Notes: a model not told the origin generated them from the letters alone. A DNA stretch of 64,000 nt from Candidatus Dojkabacteria bacterium (GCA_016932045.1 JAFGDO010000012.1:4195-68194), one strand, 5' to 3'. Positions 1 to 11,055 are shown, numbered from the stretch's first letter. A program made the numbers and translations.

Positions 1-951
1 GGAGATGAAATAGTAGAGCCTCTTGCTCAGGGATCATTTTCATTCGTTTATCTTATAAAAGATCATAATGGTAGTGAAATAGTCGTCAAGAGAAGCCATG
101 ACGGATGGGTTCCTTTTCAAGTTGGTGAGTATGTTTATGTACCTGCCCCAAGGTCGTTAGTTAAATTTTTCTTTCCTGATTATGACATTACACCAAGGAG
201 TTTGAAAAGGGATGTATATGATTATGAAGAGATTCTGAAAAAGTTCTGGGGAGATGAGAGAGTTAAACTTGAAGGAGAGAAGTTTATGCCGTATCTAAAT
301 ATGGCTTTGCATATGGTTGATATGTTTCTGCCAGAATTTACAGTGCACGATATTTATTCTCAAAAATTCTGGGCAAAGCTGTTAAAGAAAGAAAGACATT
401 CAAAATTATTACACTTGCAGAAGTATTTGAGGAATATTGAGACCCCTGCACTTTTGATTCCAAAGGAGGAAAGATTTATATTTTATGATGCGTTCTCGGA
501 TTCACTGCAAACAGTATTTATACAAGAAGCTATGAAGGGAAAGGAAGATATCATACCAGGTAAGAAAATGGCTTTTCCTTTTGAACTTATCTCATCAGGA
601 GTTATACCTAAGGAAATGCCAAAGCTTATGATAGAGCATATACTTAGGGCTATTGAATGTTTTGTGAAGCAACTTGAACGAGAGACACCTATACCGAAGG
701 TTCCAGACTTTAGACCGCTTGAAAGCTGGAAAATATTCCCTCCAACAGCTTACGAGATATACTTTGCTGAAACTTCCAATTTGGTAGTTTATAAGGGCAA
801 GAATGGAAGGTTAAACATAGGCCTTGTAGATACGCATGTTCTTCATGAGCCTGATGGTGATCTGATTTACCGGTGGGTTGAAAGGAGATGCTGGATTAGT
901 ATGTTTTTGAACTTGAGGTTCTGGGTACGGAAGGCGCTAGAAGAGATGTAG
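1..951 (+). CDS. Protein-kinase-like fold protein (5'-truncated by window edge; ORF track starts it at 202)
   Basis: Frame 1 is open from base 1: GDEIVEPLAQGSFSFVYLIKDHNGSEIVVKRS resembles the kinase Gly-rich loop plus VxxK lysine. Later FIQEAMKG (hinge-like), VPDFRP...SNLVV and LVDT resemble catalytic-loop and Mg-binding motifs. Confidence 0.55.
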   Translation, partial: GDEIVEPLAQGSFSFVYLIKDHNGSEIVVKRSHDGWVPFQVGEYVYVPAPRSLVKFFFPDYDITPRSLKRDVYDYEEILKKFWGDERVKLEGEKFMPYLNMALHMVDMFLPEFTVHDIYSQKFWAKLLKKERHSKLLHLQKYLRNIETPALLIPKEERFIFYDAFSDSLQTVFIQEAMKGKEDIIPGKKMAFPFELISSGVIPKEMPKLMIEHILRAIECFVKQLERETPIPKVPDFRPLESWKIFPPTAYEIYFAETSNLVVYKGKNGRLNIGLVDTHVLHEPDGDLIYRWVERRCWISMFLNLRFWVRKALEEM

Positions 952-991
952 TGAAGTAGTCCAAGAAGAACGGTGAGCGAATATAAATATA

Positions 992-1197
992 GGTAGATAG
1001 TTTGATTGCTGGATGGTTGCATTGCTTCATTGCCCCATTTTCAATTTATAATGCTTCATTTTTCATTGAATATTTGTATCATTGAATAATTGCTACATTG
1101 TTATATGGCTATATAGATTGATAGCCGGATAGTCAGATAGCTAGGGGCAGTAAGCTGATAGCTGATAACTGAAAGGTTAGATTGTAGTATGTTTGAC
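992..1197 (+). repeat. Intergenic mosaic of degenerate 8-nt repeats (gatagcta/gatggttg/cattgtta type) and 7-nt repeats
   Basis: Visible 8-nt periodicity. A 40-nt block (1054-1093) matches 27620-27659 at 35/40, and a 19-nt block (1179-1197) matches 27693-27711 at 18/19. Confidence 0.7.
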
Positions 1198-1283
1198 CCA
1201 TTACCTTTCACTTATAACTCATTCCCTGTTTGCCTTTTTATCCTGGTGATGTAAAATGTACTATAATTATTACATTATCCTCT

Positions 1284-2036
1284 ATGAATAAAAAACAAAA
1301 AATTTCCTTGTTAGTAGTCGTTGCTTTACTTATTATGATACCTGTTGTTACAGGTATTTTCCAAAGGAGCGGATTTGAGATCCGAATCTCAGCGCTTGAA
1401 GAAGATGATCCTCGCAACACAGCAATTTCAGACATCAAAGATACAAGTTTTAAAGTCTGCTGGATAACAGAAAGGGAAGTTATTGGAGGAGTATTACTTT
1501 CTGATGGAACACGGTTTAGTGAAAGTGACAAAACAAGTTATCACTCAGTTACAGTTACCGGACTAGAAAGTGTGCGTGTGTATGAGTTTAAGTTACTTTC
1601 AGGTACAAAGGAGTTTACGACGGAGGCTGGGAGTGATTATTCAGTTACAACAGCTTCTGTAAGCGGTACAGGTGATGATTTTCTAATTTATGGACAAGTA
1701 TTCAGTCCTGATGGTTACAGCTTCCAGCAAGGCGGAGTACTAACGTTAGTATTAGAAGAAACTGGGAAAGAAAGCCAAGTGTTAGCAACTACTATAAATG
1801 AAACCGGAGGCTATCAGTTTAATCTGGGAAGACTTCTTGCCAATACTCTCGATAGGGACTTCCCCTATAAAAAGAAAGTAAATGTTACGCTAAATGTATT
1901 CATTTCATTTGAGCAACAAGCTGTAGAGAAGAAATATACTGTAGATTTAACATCGAATAGGCAGATACCAAATGTTTATTTAGGGGAGGTGAATATAGAT
2001 ATTATTCCAGGAATAGAGGGGAGTGCTGGGCAGTAA
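1284..2036 (+). CDS. Membrane-anchored fibronectin type III-like + carboxypeptidase-regulatory-like domain protein
   Basis: Probable start ATG 1284 (MNKKQK followed by a TM helix). FN3-like ISDIKDTSFKVCWIT...YHSVTVTGLE; prealbumin-like IYGQV...GGYQFNL. Confidence 0.6.
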   Translation: MNKKQKISLLVVVALLIMIPVVTGIFQRSGFEIRISALEEDDPRNTAISDIKDTSFKVCWITEREVIGGVLLSDGTRFSESDKTSYHSVTVTGLESVRVYEFKLLSGTKEFTTEAGSDYSVTTASVSGTGDDFLIYGQVFSPDGYSFQQGGVLTLVLEETGKESQVLATTINETGGYQFNLGRLLANTLDRDFPYKKKVNVTLNVFISFEQQAVEKKYTVDLTSNRQIPNVYLGEVNIDIIPGIEGSAGQ

Positions 2037-2109
2037 ACGGCACTCTGCAAACTGCTAACTGAAGATAGCAACAGTAGATAGATAAATTGTAACTTAGAAC
2101 TTCGTTCAT

Positions 2110-2772
2110 ATGAAGTTTTTTAAGGTCGCATTAAAATTTTTGGTTGTCTTCATTCTTGTTTTTGTCATCTATACACTGATCTATCATTATCAGGTAAGTT
2201 CGAGTCCAAAGGTGGAGGTGGAGAACACTTTTTTAGCTTCAGATGAGGAGATATCTGAAATAGCAGGCGAAAACGGATCCGGGTATGGAGTAGTAAATAC
2301 AGGTTTAGCTGAGGAGAAGATAGACAAGCAGGGATTTTATATCAGAATTGATAAGATAAACCTATTTAAACCAGTAGTAAAGAATGTTGATCCCAGGTAC
2401 AAGGAGGTATATATTGAAAGCTGGAAGACAGGTGTATCTCACGGAAAATTTACAGCGCTTCCTGATCAGATAGGAAATGTCTATTTATTTGCTCATGCCG
2501 TAAATAATGCTAGCCGCATGGAAAGTGAAAATGCCTGGTTTACAAGGACTGATGAGTTAGATGAAAACGATGAAATTGTTATTTATTATGCCGGTAAGAA
2601 ATATATCTATCAGGTTTCAAGAATTTATACGGTTTCTCCTACAGCAACAGGTGTCTATACTGGAGTTTCTCCTGTTCCGAAAATCACTCTTCAGACTTGC
2701 GGTCCGCCTCGTGGGTCACTCGACAGTAGATATATGGTAGAAGGTTTGCAGGTAAGTGTTACACTTCTCTAA
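2110..2772 (+). CDS. Sortase family protein
   Basis: N-terminal TM helix; catalytic His (YLFAH), TLxTC motif (TLQTC) and downstream Arg (SRYMV). Confidence 0.9.
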   Translation: MKFFKVALKFLVVFILVFVIYTLIYHYQVSSSPKVEVENTFLASDEEISEIAGENGSGYGVVNTGLAEEKIDKQGFYIRIDKINLFKPVVKNVDPRYKEVYIESWKTGVSHGKFTALPDQIGNVYLFAHAVNNASRMESENAWFTRTDELDENDEIVIYYAGKKYIYQVSRIYTVSPTATGVYTGVSPVPKITLQTCGPPRGSLDSRYMVEGLQVSVTLL

Positions 2773-2809
2773 TCATTGAGTGTACTTTAATTTGAGTGAC
2801 GTTTTAGAT

Positions 2810-3058
2810 CTATGGCTCCGTTGTGGGGCTAATATATGTGGGATCAAGGTGGGTGAGTAATACCTCTGGTAGAGAGACTAATCCTTCACTATGCAGATTT
2901 AAAAGTCGTGAAGATAGTTCATCGGTCAAACTCCCTTGCTGCAAAATTTTTAGTGCATCACTAACGCTTAGACCAATAGGTTGGTTGCAGAGAATACTTA
3001 GCGCTTGGTCAATGTTTCGAAACCCAAATAGTTCTGGTAGAGAAACGGTTTCTGTCAT
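2810..3058 (-). CDS. Hypothetical protein (82 aa)
   Basis: ATG-started ORF filling an intergenic gap; no recognisable motif. Confidence 0.45.
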   Translation of the reverse strand: MTETVSLPELFGFRNIDQALSILCNQPIGLSVSDALKILQQGSLTDELSSRLLNLHSEGLVSLPEVLLTHLDPTYISPTTEP

Positions 3059-3161
3059 CTTATATATGCTTCAAAATAAACAGGAATGATTATATAATTA
3101 CTATTGATGTCATGCAATAGATGTATAGTCGTTTTGAATTTAAATATTTGAATATGAAAAT

Positions 3162-3593
3162 ATGGACTTTCAAGCAATTGCAGAAACTTTTGTGGGTCAG
3201 GGACCTCCGAGGTCTCCTAGCTTTAATGTGAGTACTTTAGCAAGAGCGAGAGATGTACAAAGGGATAGAGAGCCAATTAGAGAGGAGCCGTTACCAGGGT
3301 TACTCGATGATATAAGATCGTTTCCTTCGACACAACAAGCTCAAGAGTTACTAGCTAGATGGGTTACCCATGATAGGGGTTTGAGTTATCGTGGTAGATC
3401 TGTACAAAGAACAGTCTACGGATTAACATATGAGCAATTAAGATATCTTGAAGAATTAGCAGCTTATGGACTACCTAAAGATGAAAGACCTCAGCCGGTT
3501 TATGTAGTCAGCGTATTAAAGGAAGTGCTAATACGAATGACAAAAGAGGTTCTAGGAAAAATGGCGAATGTATTTGCAAATCTTTCTGCTTAA
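3162..3593 (+). CDS. Hypothetical protein
   Basis: 143-aa ATG ORF; no recognisable motif. Confidence 0.6.
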   Translation: MDFQAIAETFVGQGPPRSPSFNVSTLARARDVQRDREPIREEPLPGLLDDIRSFPSTQQAQELLARWVTHDRGLSYRGRSVQRTVYGLTYEQLRYLEELAAYGLPKDERPQPVYVVSVLKEVLIRMTKEVLGKMANVFANLSA

Positions 3594-3647
3594 AGATATG
3601 GAGCTAAAAGCGGATATCTAATAGCGACATGCGAACGACTAAAGACA

Positions 3648-4700
3648 TTAGATACTAATTGTTCCCCCTCCTAGGCACTCTTTATCTTTATAGAAAACAG
3701 TGCTTTGACCAGGTGTTGGAGCTCTTTGAGGCTTGTCAAAGAGAGCTATATATTTCTTGCCAACTTTTTTTATCCTTGCCGAAGCAGGTTTATGGTTGTA
3801 GCGGATAGATACTTTGCATTTTAGCGGCAATTTGGGCGGCTTACCTTGTATCCAGTGAGGTTTGTCAATTTCTATTTCTGACTTAAAAAGAAAAGGATCA
3901 TTACTTCCCTTTGCAACTATAACCTGGTTTATCTTAGAGTTTAACTCCACTACATAGCAGGGCGCGCCACCTCCTATTCCTAAACCTTCTCTTTGACCGA
4001 TTGTGTAATTATAGTACCCATTGTGTGTCCCCAAGACTTTGCCTTGAGTATCAATTATCTTACCCTTTTGCGACTTCAAATACTTTTTTAAAAATACTTG
4101 AGGTTTTTTACCAGCAAGAAAACAGATGTCCTGACTTTCTTTGCTCTCTGCTGTTGGTAGTTTAAATTCTTTTGCGATTTGCCTTGCTTCGTTCTTTGTA
4201 TATTCTCCTAAAGGAAAGAGTGTCTTGGAAAGTTGGTTTTGGTTAAGTCGATGGAGGAAATACGACTGGTCCTTTGAAGCGTCTTTTGCTTGAAGAAGAT
4301 GATATTTTTTTGATTTATTGTCGCAATATATTCGAGAATAATGTCCTGTTGCGATAAGATCAGCTCCTTCTTTCATTGCTCTTTTAAAGAAATGTCCAAA
4401 CTTTATTTCCTTATTACAAATAACACAAGGATTTGGTGTTCTTCCGACCTTATACTCACTGACAAAGTACTGTGTCACTTTTTGTTTGAATTCTTTCTGT
4501 AGATCAAAAATCCTGAAAGGTATTTCTAGCTTTGAACACACTCTTTTAGCGCTTAAAAGGTTAGCCCTAGATTTTGAGCCTGAGAATAGCTTAAAATGAA
4601 CACCAGTACAATCATAGCCCTGTTGTTTAAGCAGCGCAGCGGTGACAGAACTATCAACTCCGCCGGACAATGCAATGAAAACTTTTTCGTGGTTTTTCAT
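3648..4700 (-). CDS. mnmA: tRNA 2-thiouridine(34) synthase
   Basis: SGGVDS PP-loop, TPNPCVICN, ATGHY, KDQSYFL, ESQDICF, TIGQR, PTPGQ. Confidence 0.97.
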   Translation of the reverse strand: MKNHEKVFIALSGGVDSSVTAALLKQQGYDCTGVHFKLFSGSKSRANLLSAKRVCSKLEIPFRIFDLQKEFKQKVTQYFVSEYKVGRTPNPCVICNKEIKFGHFFKRAMKEGADLIATGHYSRIYCDNKSKKYHLLQAKDASKDQSYFLHRLNQNQLSKTLFPLGEYTKNEARQIAKEFKLPTAESKESQDICFLAGKKPQVFLKKYLKSQKGKIIDTQGKVLGTHNGYYNYTIGQREGLGIGGGAPCYVVELNSKINQVIVAKGSNDPFLFKSEIEIDKPHWIQGKPPKLPLKCKVSIRYNHKPASARIKKVGKKYIALFDKPQRAPTPGQSTVFYKDKECLGGGTISI

Positions 4701-4825
4701 AGTGATAATTATAGCATGAAGAAGTAAAGCTAATATTCAAATCATAACTCATAACTATTGCGTCTCCTTGCAGTCGGATACCTTTGCAACTATAATGAAT
4801 ACAATAAACTCTTAAAACTACTGCC

Positions 4826-7800
4826 ATGCAAATTACAGAATCATCAGATGCTCAGACCCCAGGAAATCCGAATGTCTTACCACCTCTTCCTCCAAAAGTG
4901 CAACCGAGTACTTCTCCAGGAAAATCTTATAAACTTCTTTCTTTATTTGGTGTTGTGCTAATTCTTGCTGGTCTTGGGGGTCTTGTCTTTCTTGGCGTAA
5001 GTAAGTTTTTTTTAGAAACACAGGGAAAAGATAAGTTAAAAATTGAAGGTGTAGATCCAGAAATTGGGGAAGAGCTAACAAAGCAGCTTGTATACTCAGC
5101 TGAGTCTCAGGAGATTGAGTATTATTCTCCAACTCTTGATATATTATTAAACTATCCAAAGGATAAATTTATCATAAATGAAGATTACCTGAGTATATCG
5201 GTTTCACTTACTGAAACAGGTGCATATTCAACGTATGCAAAATTGAAACTATACAAAAAGGAGGGAATTGAAGATATAAACAAGGAACTTAAAGGGTATT
5301 ATGAAGATATTTATGATAACGTTGAAACTGTTGAAGAAAAGACCCAGGAAGACGAGCTTGGATATTTAAGAATAAAATATCTTCAAGAATCTTTCTTAAA
5401 AGAAGGCGAAAGCGAGGAGATATATAGAACTTTTCTTGTAAGGGGTGATCTTGATGAGTATGTTTTTATAGATATAAAAGAGACAAGCGGAACAAAAACT
5501 ACTGATAAATATCTATCCCAATTTAGTGACCTGGTTCAAAGTGTTCAACTTCATCCTGAAAATATTGCCGAGGAGATAGAGTATATAGTCAAAGAAGGAG
5601 CAATCAAGGTTCGATTCGACAGAAAGAAGTGGAATGTAGCAGGCCAAAGCGATTATTCATTAAGTCTTGGTTTTAGAAGCAGTGACTATGAACAAGCTGA
5701 AGAATTAAAGTACTTTGCGACCGGAGTATACATCTCAGCCTACTCAACATATAGGGATGACCTTGATGAGGCTTATTTCAAAGATGAAATAGCAAAGGAA
5801 AGAGCGAATGCACAGGAAGCTTACTTGGAGAAAGGATTAGAATTCTTGGTTGAAGAGGAAACTTTACAAATTGGCGGAGTGGACTTTTATTTCACAAAGT
5901 ATAGATATACTGCATACGGCGAAGATACGGTTAAAACTATTTACAGGGGATACAATCCTACTGTCAAAGCAATTATCAGTATAAGTACATATGAACCTTA
6001 TGCGGATTCCGAGGGTGGCAAGGAGGTTCGAAGGTTGATTGATTATATTGAAGTTCTAACGGATGAAACTTCTTCTGCAAAAAGAAATAACAATGTACTG
6101 GGTGTAAGTTCCCTTGAGTTTGAAAGAGCAGCGATAATTGGGAAACCTGCAGTCGTACATATATTCAATAAGACCTGTACAAAACTAAAGGTAAACGAGA
6201 TTAGTGATATGCCGAATGTTTCTGGAAATACTTATACACTATGTATGGCTGGCTTTGGGTCAGGAGCATATATAAGTAGTGATGGTCATATCATTACAAA
6301 TGCTCATGTTGGAGCGATGAATCCTAAGGATGTCATTATCGATGCCGCATTGTATTCTCTTGAAGGTGAAGCTTCTAGTCAACCGCTGAGCGGTTTCGAT
6401 CAGGATGGATTTGTAAGTGATGTCCTGAATGATCTTGCAGTCTATTATCAGAACTTGTATCCGGATATTAATCTTGATAGTTACTATGTCCAGGAATCAA
6501 TGTTTGAGGATGCGATAAGTGTAATCCTTTTGTTTACAGTTGATGAAGCAGCCTCGGACTATGCAACGATAGACGAGTCAACTTTCACTAACTATATTCA
6601 AAAGAGTAAGCCTTTTGAGGTTGATCCGGATCTTTTGGATCTCTCAAATAAATCTGATATGTATGAGGCGGAAGTGGTAGCCTATAAAGAGATAGATTCA
6701 TTCTATCAGATGGCTTATGATTCCTATGCCGGTGAAGAAAGCGGACTTTCGGTGCCTGATCTGGCAATTCTAAAGGTTTCTGATTCTGATGTTAAAGAAT
6801 TCCCTGGCGTTGAGTTGGGAGATTACCAAATGCTAAATGTAGGAGAGAGAATTGTGGTCATAGGTTTTCCTGGAAGTGCTGAAAACGAAGCATTGTTCTC
6901 GGTTGAGTCGACTACAATTCCCACGATTACAACTGGAACCATAAGTGCTATTAAGCCAAATTTTGACAGTACTTTTAACCTAATTCAGATTGATGCATCG
7001 ATTTCACATGGGAATAGTGGTGGTCCGATCTATAATTCGGATGGGAAGATTGTAGCTGTTGCTACTTATGGTTTAACCTCGGAAGAAGCAGCTGATTTCA
7101 ATGCAGGTGTTTCTGTAGAAGAAGTACAAAAATTTATCTCGGAAAATAATGTGGAGAATAAGGTCGGTAAAATTACAAAGTATATCTCAGATGGTCTTGA
7201 TGATTTTGGTAAGCAATATTATAAAAAAGCAGTGGAAAAGTTTGAGGAGGCAAAGGCGCTAAATCCGCAACTCGAGGATTTGCTTGATCCTTTGATAAAA
7301 ATCGCGCAAGAGAAGATAGAAAAGGGGGAGGATAAGACTCCTTTATTTACTATTGGTGATCTCGAGTTCGGCAGTACAGAAGCAGTAGTGGTTATTGCAA
7401 TTGTTGTGTGCTTATCAATTGGATTTTTACTTGTTATTCTTATTTTGATTTTAAAGAAACGAACAGGAGGTTCTTCTGAGGGGTTGACATATCCTGCTCA
7501 GATGGAGCAGCAGATGAGACCACCGGGTTCCATGCCAATGCAGCAGTCTCAGCAGGTTGTGCCATCTCAAGTCCAGCAGACACAAGAACCATTTGTTCAA
7601 ACCAGTATGCCAGAACAAGCGGCAGATCCTTCTGTTCAACCGGTTGGAACCTCACCTGTACAGCAGGAACAGCCGGTAGTGCCACCTGTACATCCTGAGC
7701 AACCAATGATTCAACCAGGTGTGCCTATTCAGCCGATAGATCAATCTGAAGTTGGGCAACCTACTGTGCCTGCACAACAACAACCGCCTCAACCAATCGT

Positions 7801-8044
7801 TCAGCAGCCTGAAAATTTACAGCCTGAGCAGCAGGCTATGTCTGTACAGACTGATCAGCAGGGATTACCATCTGAGGTAGCTCAGCCCGTACATCCTGAA
7901 CAACCAATTAGAGAGCCTGTTGTTGCACCACAGGATACTGTGGTACAACAAATGCCGTCCCAAGGAGAAGTACAACCTCCACCAGTTGAGCAGCAGCCAG
8001 ATCCAAGTGCACTATACAAGCCGCCGGATCCGTTTAAGGTGTAA
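4826..8044 (+). CDS. Membrane-anchored trypsin-like serine protease (no PDZ) with Pro/Gln-rich tail
   Basis: Triad motifs TNAHV, DLAILK, GNSGG; TM helices near the N-terminus and before a long P/Q-rich low-complexity tail (PVHPEQP occurs twice). Confidence 0.88.
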   Translation: MQITESSDAQTPGNPNVLPPLPPKVQPSTSPGKSYKLLSLFGVVLILAGLGGLVFLGVSKFFLETQGKDKLKIEGVDPEIGEELTKQLVYSAESQEIEYYSPTLDILLNYPKDKFIINEDYLSISVSLTETGAYSTYAKLKLYKKEGIEDINKELKGYYEDIYDNVETVEEKTQEDELGYLRIKYLQESFLKEGESEEIYRTFLVRGDLDEYVFIDIKETSGTKTTDKYLSQFSDLVQSVQLHPENIAEEIEYIVKEGAIKVRFDRKKWNVAGQSDYSLSLGFRSSDYEQAEELKYFATGVYISAYSTYRDDLDEAYFKDEIAKERANAQEAYLEKGLEFLVEEETLQIGGVDFYFTKYRYTAYGEDTVKTIYRGYNPTVKAIISISTYEPYADSEGGKEVRRLIDYIEVLTDETSSAKRNNNVLGVSSLEFERAAIIGKPAVVHIFNKTCTKLKVNEISDMPNVSGNTYTLCMAGFGSGAYISSDGHIITNAHVGAMNPKDVIIDAALYSLEGEASSQPLSGFDQDGFVSDVLNDLAVYYQNLYPDINLDSYYVQESMFEDAISVILLFTVDEAASDYATIDESTFTNYIQKSKPFEVDPDLLDLSNKSDMYEAEVVAYKEIDSFYQMAYDSYAGEESGLSVPDLAILKVSDSDVKEFPGVELGDYQMLNVGERIVVIGFPGSAENEALFSVESTTIPTITTGTISAIKPNFDSTFNLIQIDASISHGNSGGPIYNSDGKIVAVATYGLTSEEAADFNAGVSVEEVQKFISENNVENKVGKITKYISDGLDDFGKQYYKKAVEKFEEAKALNPQLEDLLDPLIKIAQEKIEKGEDKTPLFTIGDLEFGSTEAVVVIAIVVCLSIGFLLVILILILKKRTGGSSEGLTYPAQMEQQMRPPGSMPMQQSQQVVPSQVQQTQEPFVQTSMPEQAADPSVQPVGTSPVQQEQPVVPPVHPEQPMIQPGVPIQPIDQSEVGQPTVPAQQQPPQPIVQQPENLQPEQQAMSVQTDQQGLPSEVAQPVHPEQPIREPVVAPQDTVVQQMPSQGEVQPPPVEQQPDPSALYKPPDPFKV

Positions 8045-8187
8045 GAAATATGAAATTAAAAGTATGCGGTAAAAGGTAGTAGGTTAAATGTTAATGTTAT
8101 ATTGCTATAGTGTTATGGGGTTGAATTACTGGATTTTTCCACTGTTTTTAATATAATTATGCCTAATAAGCTTTTAGCCATGTAAAG

Positions 8188-9174
8188 ATGGATAAGGTCT
8201 ATTACCTTAAGAATATAAGAAAATATCGAAGTGTCCTGCCTAAAGTGTTAGGTAATACGTATCCAGAAAATAGCGAAGTGGTTGTGAAGCTACACTTCGG
8301 TGAGCCTGGGAATAAAACTGCTTTAACACCTCAGGAGGTGGCAGAAACAGTTAAAGTACTAAATGATTTAAATATTGATCCAATTCTTTTTGATACTCCC
8401 GTTGCATATACTTCAGAAAGGTCAACAGTTGGTGGATATAAAAAGGCTATCAGACGCAGGGGGTTCTTAAAAGTTGCAAGATGTAAAATTTCAAATAAAG
8501 GAGTTCCAGTAAAGACTAAAGATATGAGAGTCGAGGTAGCAAAGGTCCTTGCAAAAGCAAAACATGTTCTTGTCATCTCTCATGTAAAAGGTCATGAATG
8601 TTGTGGCTTTGGGGGCGCAATCAAAAATCTAGGAATGGGGGGGATAACTAGAGAATCGAAGGTAAAAGAGCACAATTTTGCAAAACCAATATGGGTGAAG
8701 GAATGTCAGGGTTGCGGGACATGCGCAAAGTTATGTCCGGCAAGTGCGATTAAAATTGTAAATGGCAAAGCACATGTTGACTTAAATGAGTGCATGGGAT
8801 GCTCTTTATGCGAGATGGTTTGCTCTTATAACTGTATAAAATCACGTAAGGCTTTATTCGATGACTTACTTGCTCAAGCTGCATGTGCAGTGATGAAGAA
8901 GATGCCGAGGAAAGTTCTATACATTAATTACCTGAAGAACATAACGGAACACTGTGATTGCTATGATGATGCAGGAAAGATCGTTTCAAAAGATATTGGT
9001 GTGCTATTTAGTACTAATCCTGTTGCAATCGATAAAGCCAGTATAGATCTGATAAACAAGATTAACAAAAAGGATGTTTTTAAAAAGCTGTGGAATAGAG
9101 ATCCCTTATTACATATTGAGTATGCAAGCAAGTATTCGACCTTTTCAGAAAGATATTCTCTCATTGATGTGTAA
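8188..9174 (+). CDS. DUF362 family protein with 2x[4Fe-4S] ferredoxin domain
   Basis: KLHFGEPGN, SHVKGH, GGAIKNLGMG; two CxxCxxCxxxC motifs; CDC; PVAIDKA. Confidence 0.9.
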   Translation: MDKVYYLKNIRKYRSVLPKVLGNTYPENSEVVVKLHFGEPGNKTALTPQEVAETVKVLNDLNIDPILFDTPVAYTSERSTVGGYKKAIRRRGFLKVARCKISNKGVPVKTKDMRVEVAKVLAKAKHVLVISHVKGHECCGFGGAIKNLGMGGITRESKVKEHNFAKPIWVKECQGCGTCAKLCPASAIKIVNGKAHVDLNECMGCSLCEMVCSYNCIKSRKALFDDLLAQAACAVMKKMPRKVLYINYLKNITEHCDCYDDAGKIVSKDIGVLFSTNPVAIDKASIDLINKINKKDVFKKLWNRDPLLHIEYASKYSTFSERYSLIDV

Positions 9175-9249
9175 CTTTCGAGGTCGAATTTATAAATTCA
9201 TATAGCCTTTGCCTCTTAACCTTTTTCCTATTGCTTACTTCCTTTCACC

Positions 9250-11055
9250 TTACTTATACCCCAAAGCCTGTAGCTTAAATAACTTTGAGTACCGCCCGTT
9301 CTTTTTCATAAGTTCATCATGACTTCCATGTTCGAGTATAGTTCCCTTATCGATAATATATATATTATCAGCGTTTCGAACTGTAGAGAATCTATGTGAT
9401 ACCATTATTACAGTTTTATCTTTTTCAAATTTATCAAGTTGTTTAAAAATTTCTGCTTCGGCTTTTGCATCTATTGCAGATGTAGGTTCGTCAAGGATGA
9501 GTATTGGCGCATCTCTGAAAAAGGCCCTGGCTAGAGCAACTTTTTGCCATTGACCAATAGAAGGTTCAACCCCGCCTTCAAAGCGCTTAGAGAGTCTTGT
9601 TGATAATCCCTTTTTATAGTCTTTCACAAATTCTAGTGCTCCTGATTTCTTAAGTGACAGGTCTACAAGTTTTTCTTCATATGCTTTGTCAATATCTCCA
9701 AGCTTTATATTATCTAGTAGCGTGTATTCGTATCGGTTAAAGTCCTGAAATAATATTCCTAGGCATTTGTACCAGGATGATAGTTTTAGTCTCTTTATGT
9801 TTATCCCGTCAATTAAAATCTCTCCCTTTTGCACATCAAAAAAACGGCATAGCAACCGTATAATCGTAGTCTTCCCGCCGCCATTCTCTCCTATAAAAGC
9901 AATTTTTTCTCTTGGTTTGATAGATAAATTGAAATTCTTAAGTGTATAAGCTTCAGCGTTTGGATACTTAAAGTATACATTTTTAAATTCGATTCTAGGA
10001 GCTTGGGTTTTTACATAAACTGCTTTCGGGTGATCCTTTACTTCGTTTTCTAAAGATAGCACTTGAAAAAGGTCTTTAACATAAAGCAAATCTTCGTAAT
10101 TTCTGCCTAAGTTTCTAAAAAACGAAATTAAACTCTCATTTAGCCGGTAGATCCGGCCATTAAAAAATTCAAGTGAGCCGAGTGTAATCTTTTGTGTAAT
10201 AGCTGAGATGATGATATATACTTCTGCTATCGAAAAGATAATAATTGCAGCTACGGAAGAAATTACTGAAACTACAAATTTCTTCTTTACCTTTTGTTTC
10301 TGCGGAGCTAAAAATTGTTTGTAAAGTTTTTTTATACGATTAATTAAAAAGTTTGCTGATGAAAAAAGCCGTATCTCTTCTAGGTGTCTTTCACTTTTTA
10401 GGTAAAAGCTTGTTTCCCAGAAATCTCTTCTTATACTTCCCTTGGCAACATGGATGTTCCATACTTCCTTACCGTATTTCATATGGATTAATAGTTCGGG
10501 AATTGCAGATAGTACTATTGCCAAGAAGATCCATATATTCAGTGATATTATTACGGTTGCACTTGAAATCACTTCTATGATGTTTTGAAAAATCCATAAC
10601 TGTCTATTGGCAAAGTTTAGGGGACGCCAAGTATAGGTTTCTTTTACTCTGTTTAAAAGGTCATTTAGTTTAGGATTTGAATAATGTTCAAATCCAAGAG
10701 TAGAATACTTCTGTTCAACTAGAATATCTAAATATTTACCGAAATCCAAATATGCAATGTTCTCAACGTATTCTGCTATTAGCCAGCAAACTCTATTCAA
10801 TAAGCTTAAAATTATTGATATTGAAAGCAAAGGAACAAATTCCTTTATGACAAAATTCCCATCAGTGATTGTCTCAACTATCTTGTCTATGATTAGTTTA
10901 AAAACATATGCATTTGCAAAAGGAATTATCGATACAAAAATTATACTTAGCAGGAGTGCAGAAGCTGCTTTTCTATTTGATTTGAAATAGAGTCCTAATA
11001 TTGCTTTTGAGTACTTTATATATTCTCTTGTTTTATCTATATATCTTTTCAACAT
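9250..11055 (-). CDS. ABC exporter, fused permease/ATP-binding protein
   Basis: N-terminal TM helices; Walker A GENGGGKTT, signature SIGQWQ, Walker B LILDEPT, H-loop SHR. Confidence 0.95.
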   Translation of the reverse strand: MLKRYIDKTREYIKYSKAILGLYFKSNRKAASALLLSIIFVSIIPFANAYVFKLIIDKIVETITDGNFVIKEFVPLLSISIILSLLNRVCWLIAEYVENIAYLDFGKYLDILVEQKYSTLGFEHYSNPKLNDLLNRVKETYTWRPLNFANRQLWIFQNIIEVISSATVIISLNIWIFLAIVLSAIPELLIHMKYGKEVWNIHVAKGSIRRDFWETSFYLKSERHLEEIRLFSSANFLINRIKKLYKQFLAPQKQKVKKKFVVSVISSVAAIIIFSIAEVYIIISAITQKITLGSLEFFNGRIYRLNESLISFFRNLGRNYEDLLYVKDLFQVLSLENEVKDHPKAVYVKTQAPRIEFKNVYFKYPNAEAYTLKNFNLSIKPREKIAFIGENGGGKTTIIRLLCRFFDVQKGEILIDGINIKRLKLSSWYKCLGILFQDFNRYEYTLLDNIKLGDIDKAYEEKLVDLSLKKSGALEFVKDYKKGLSTRLSKRFEGGVEPSIGQWQKVALARAFFRDAPILILDEPTSAIDAKAEAEIFKQLDKFEKDKTVIMVSHRFSTVRNADNIYIIDKGTILEHGSHDELMKKNGRYSKLFKLQALGYK

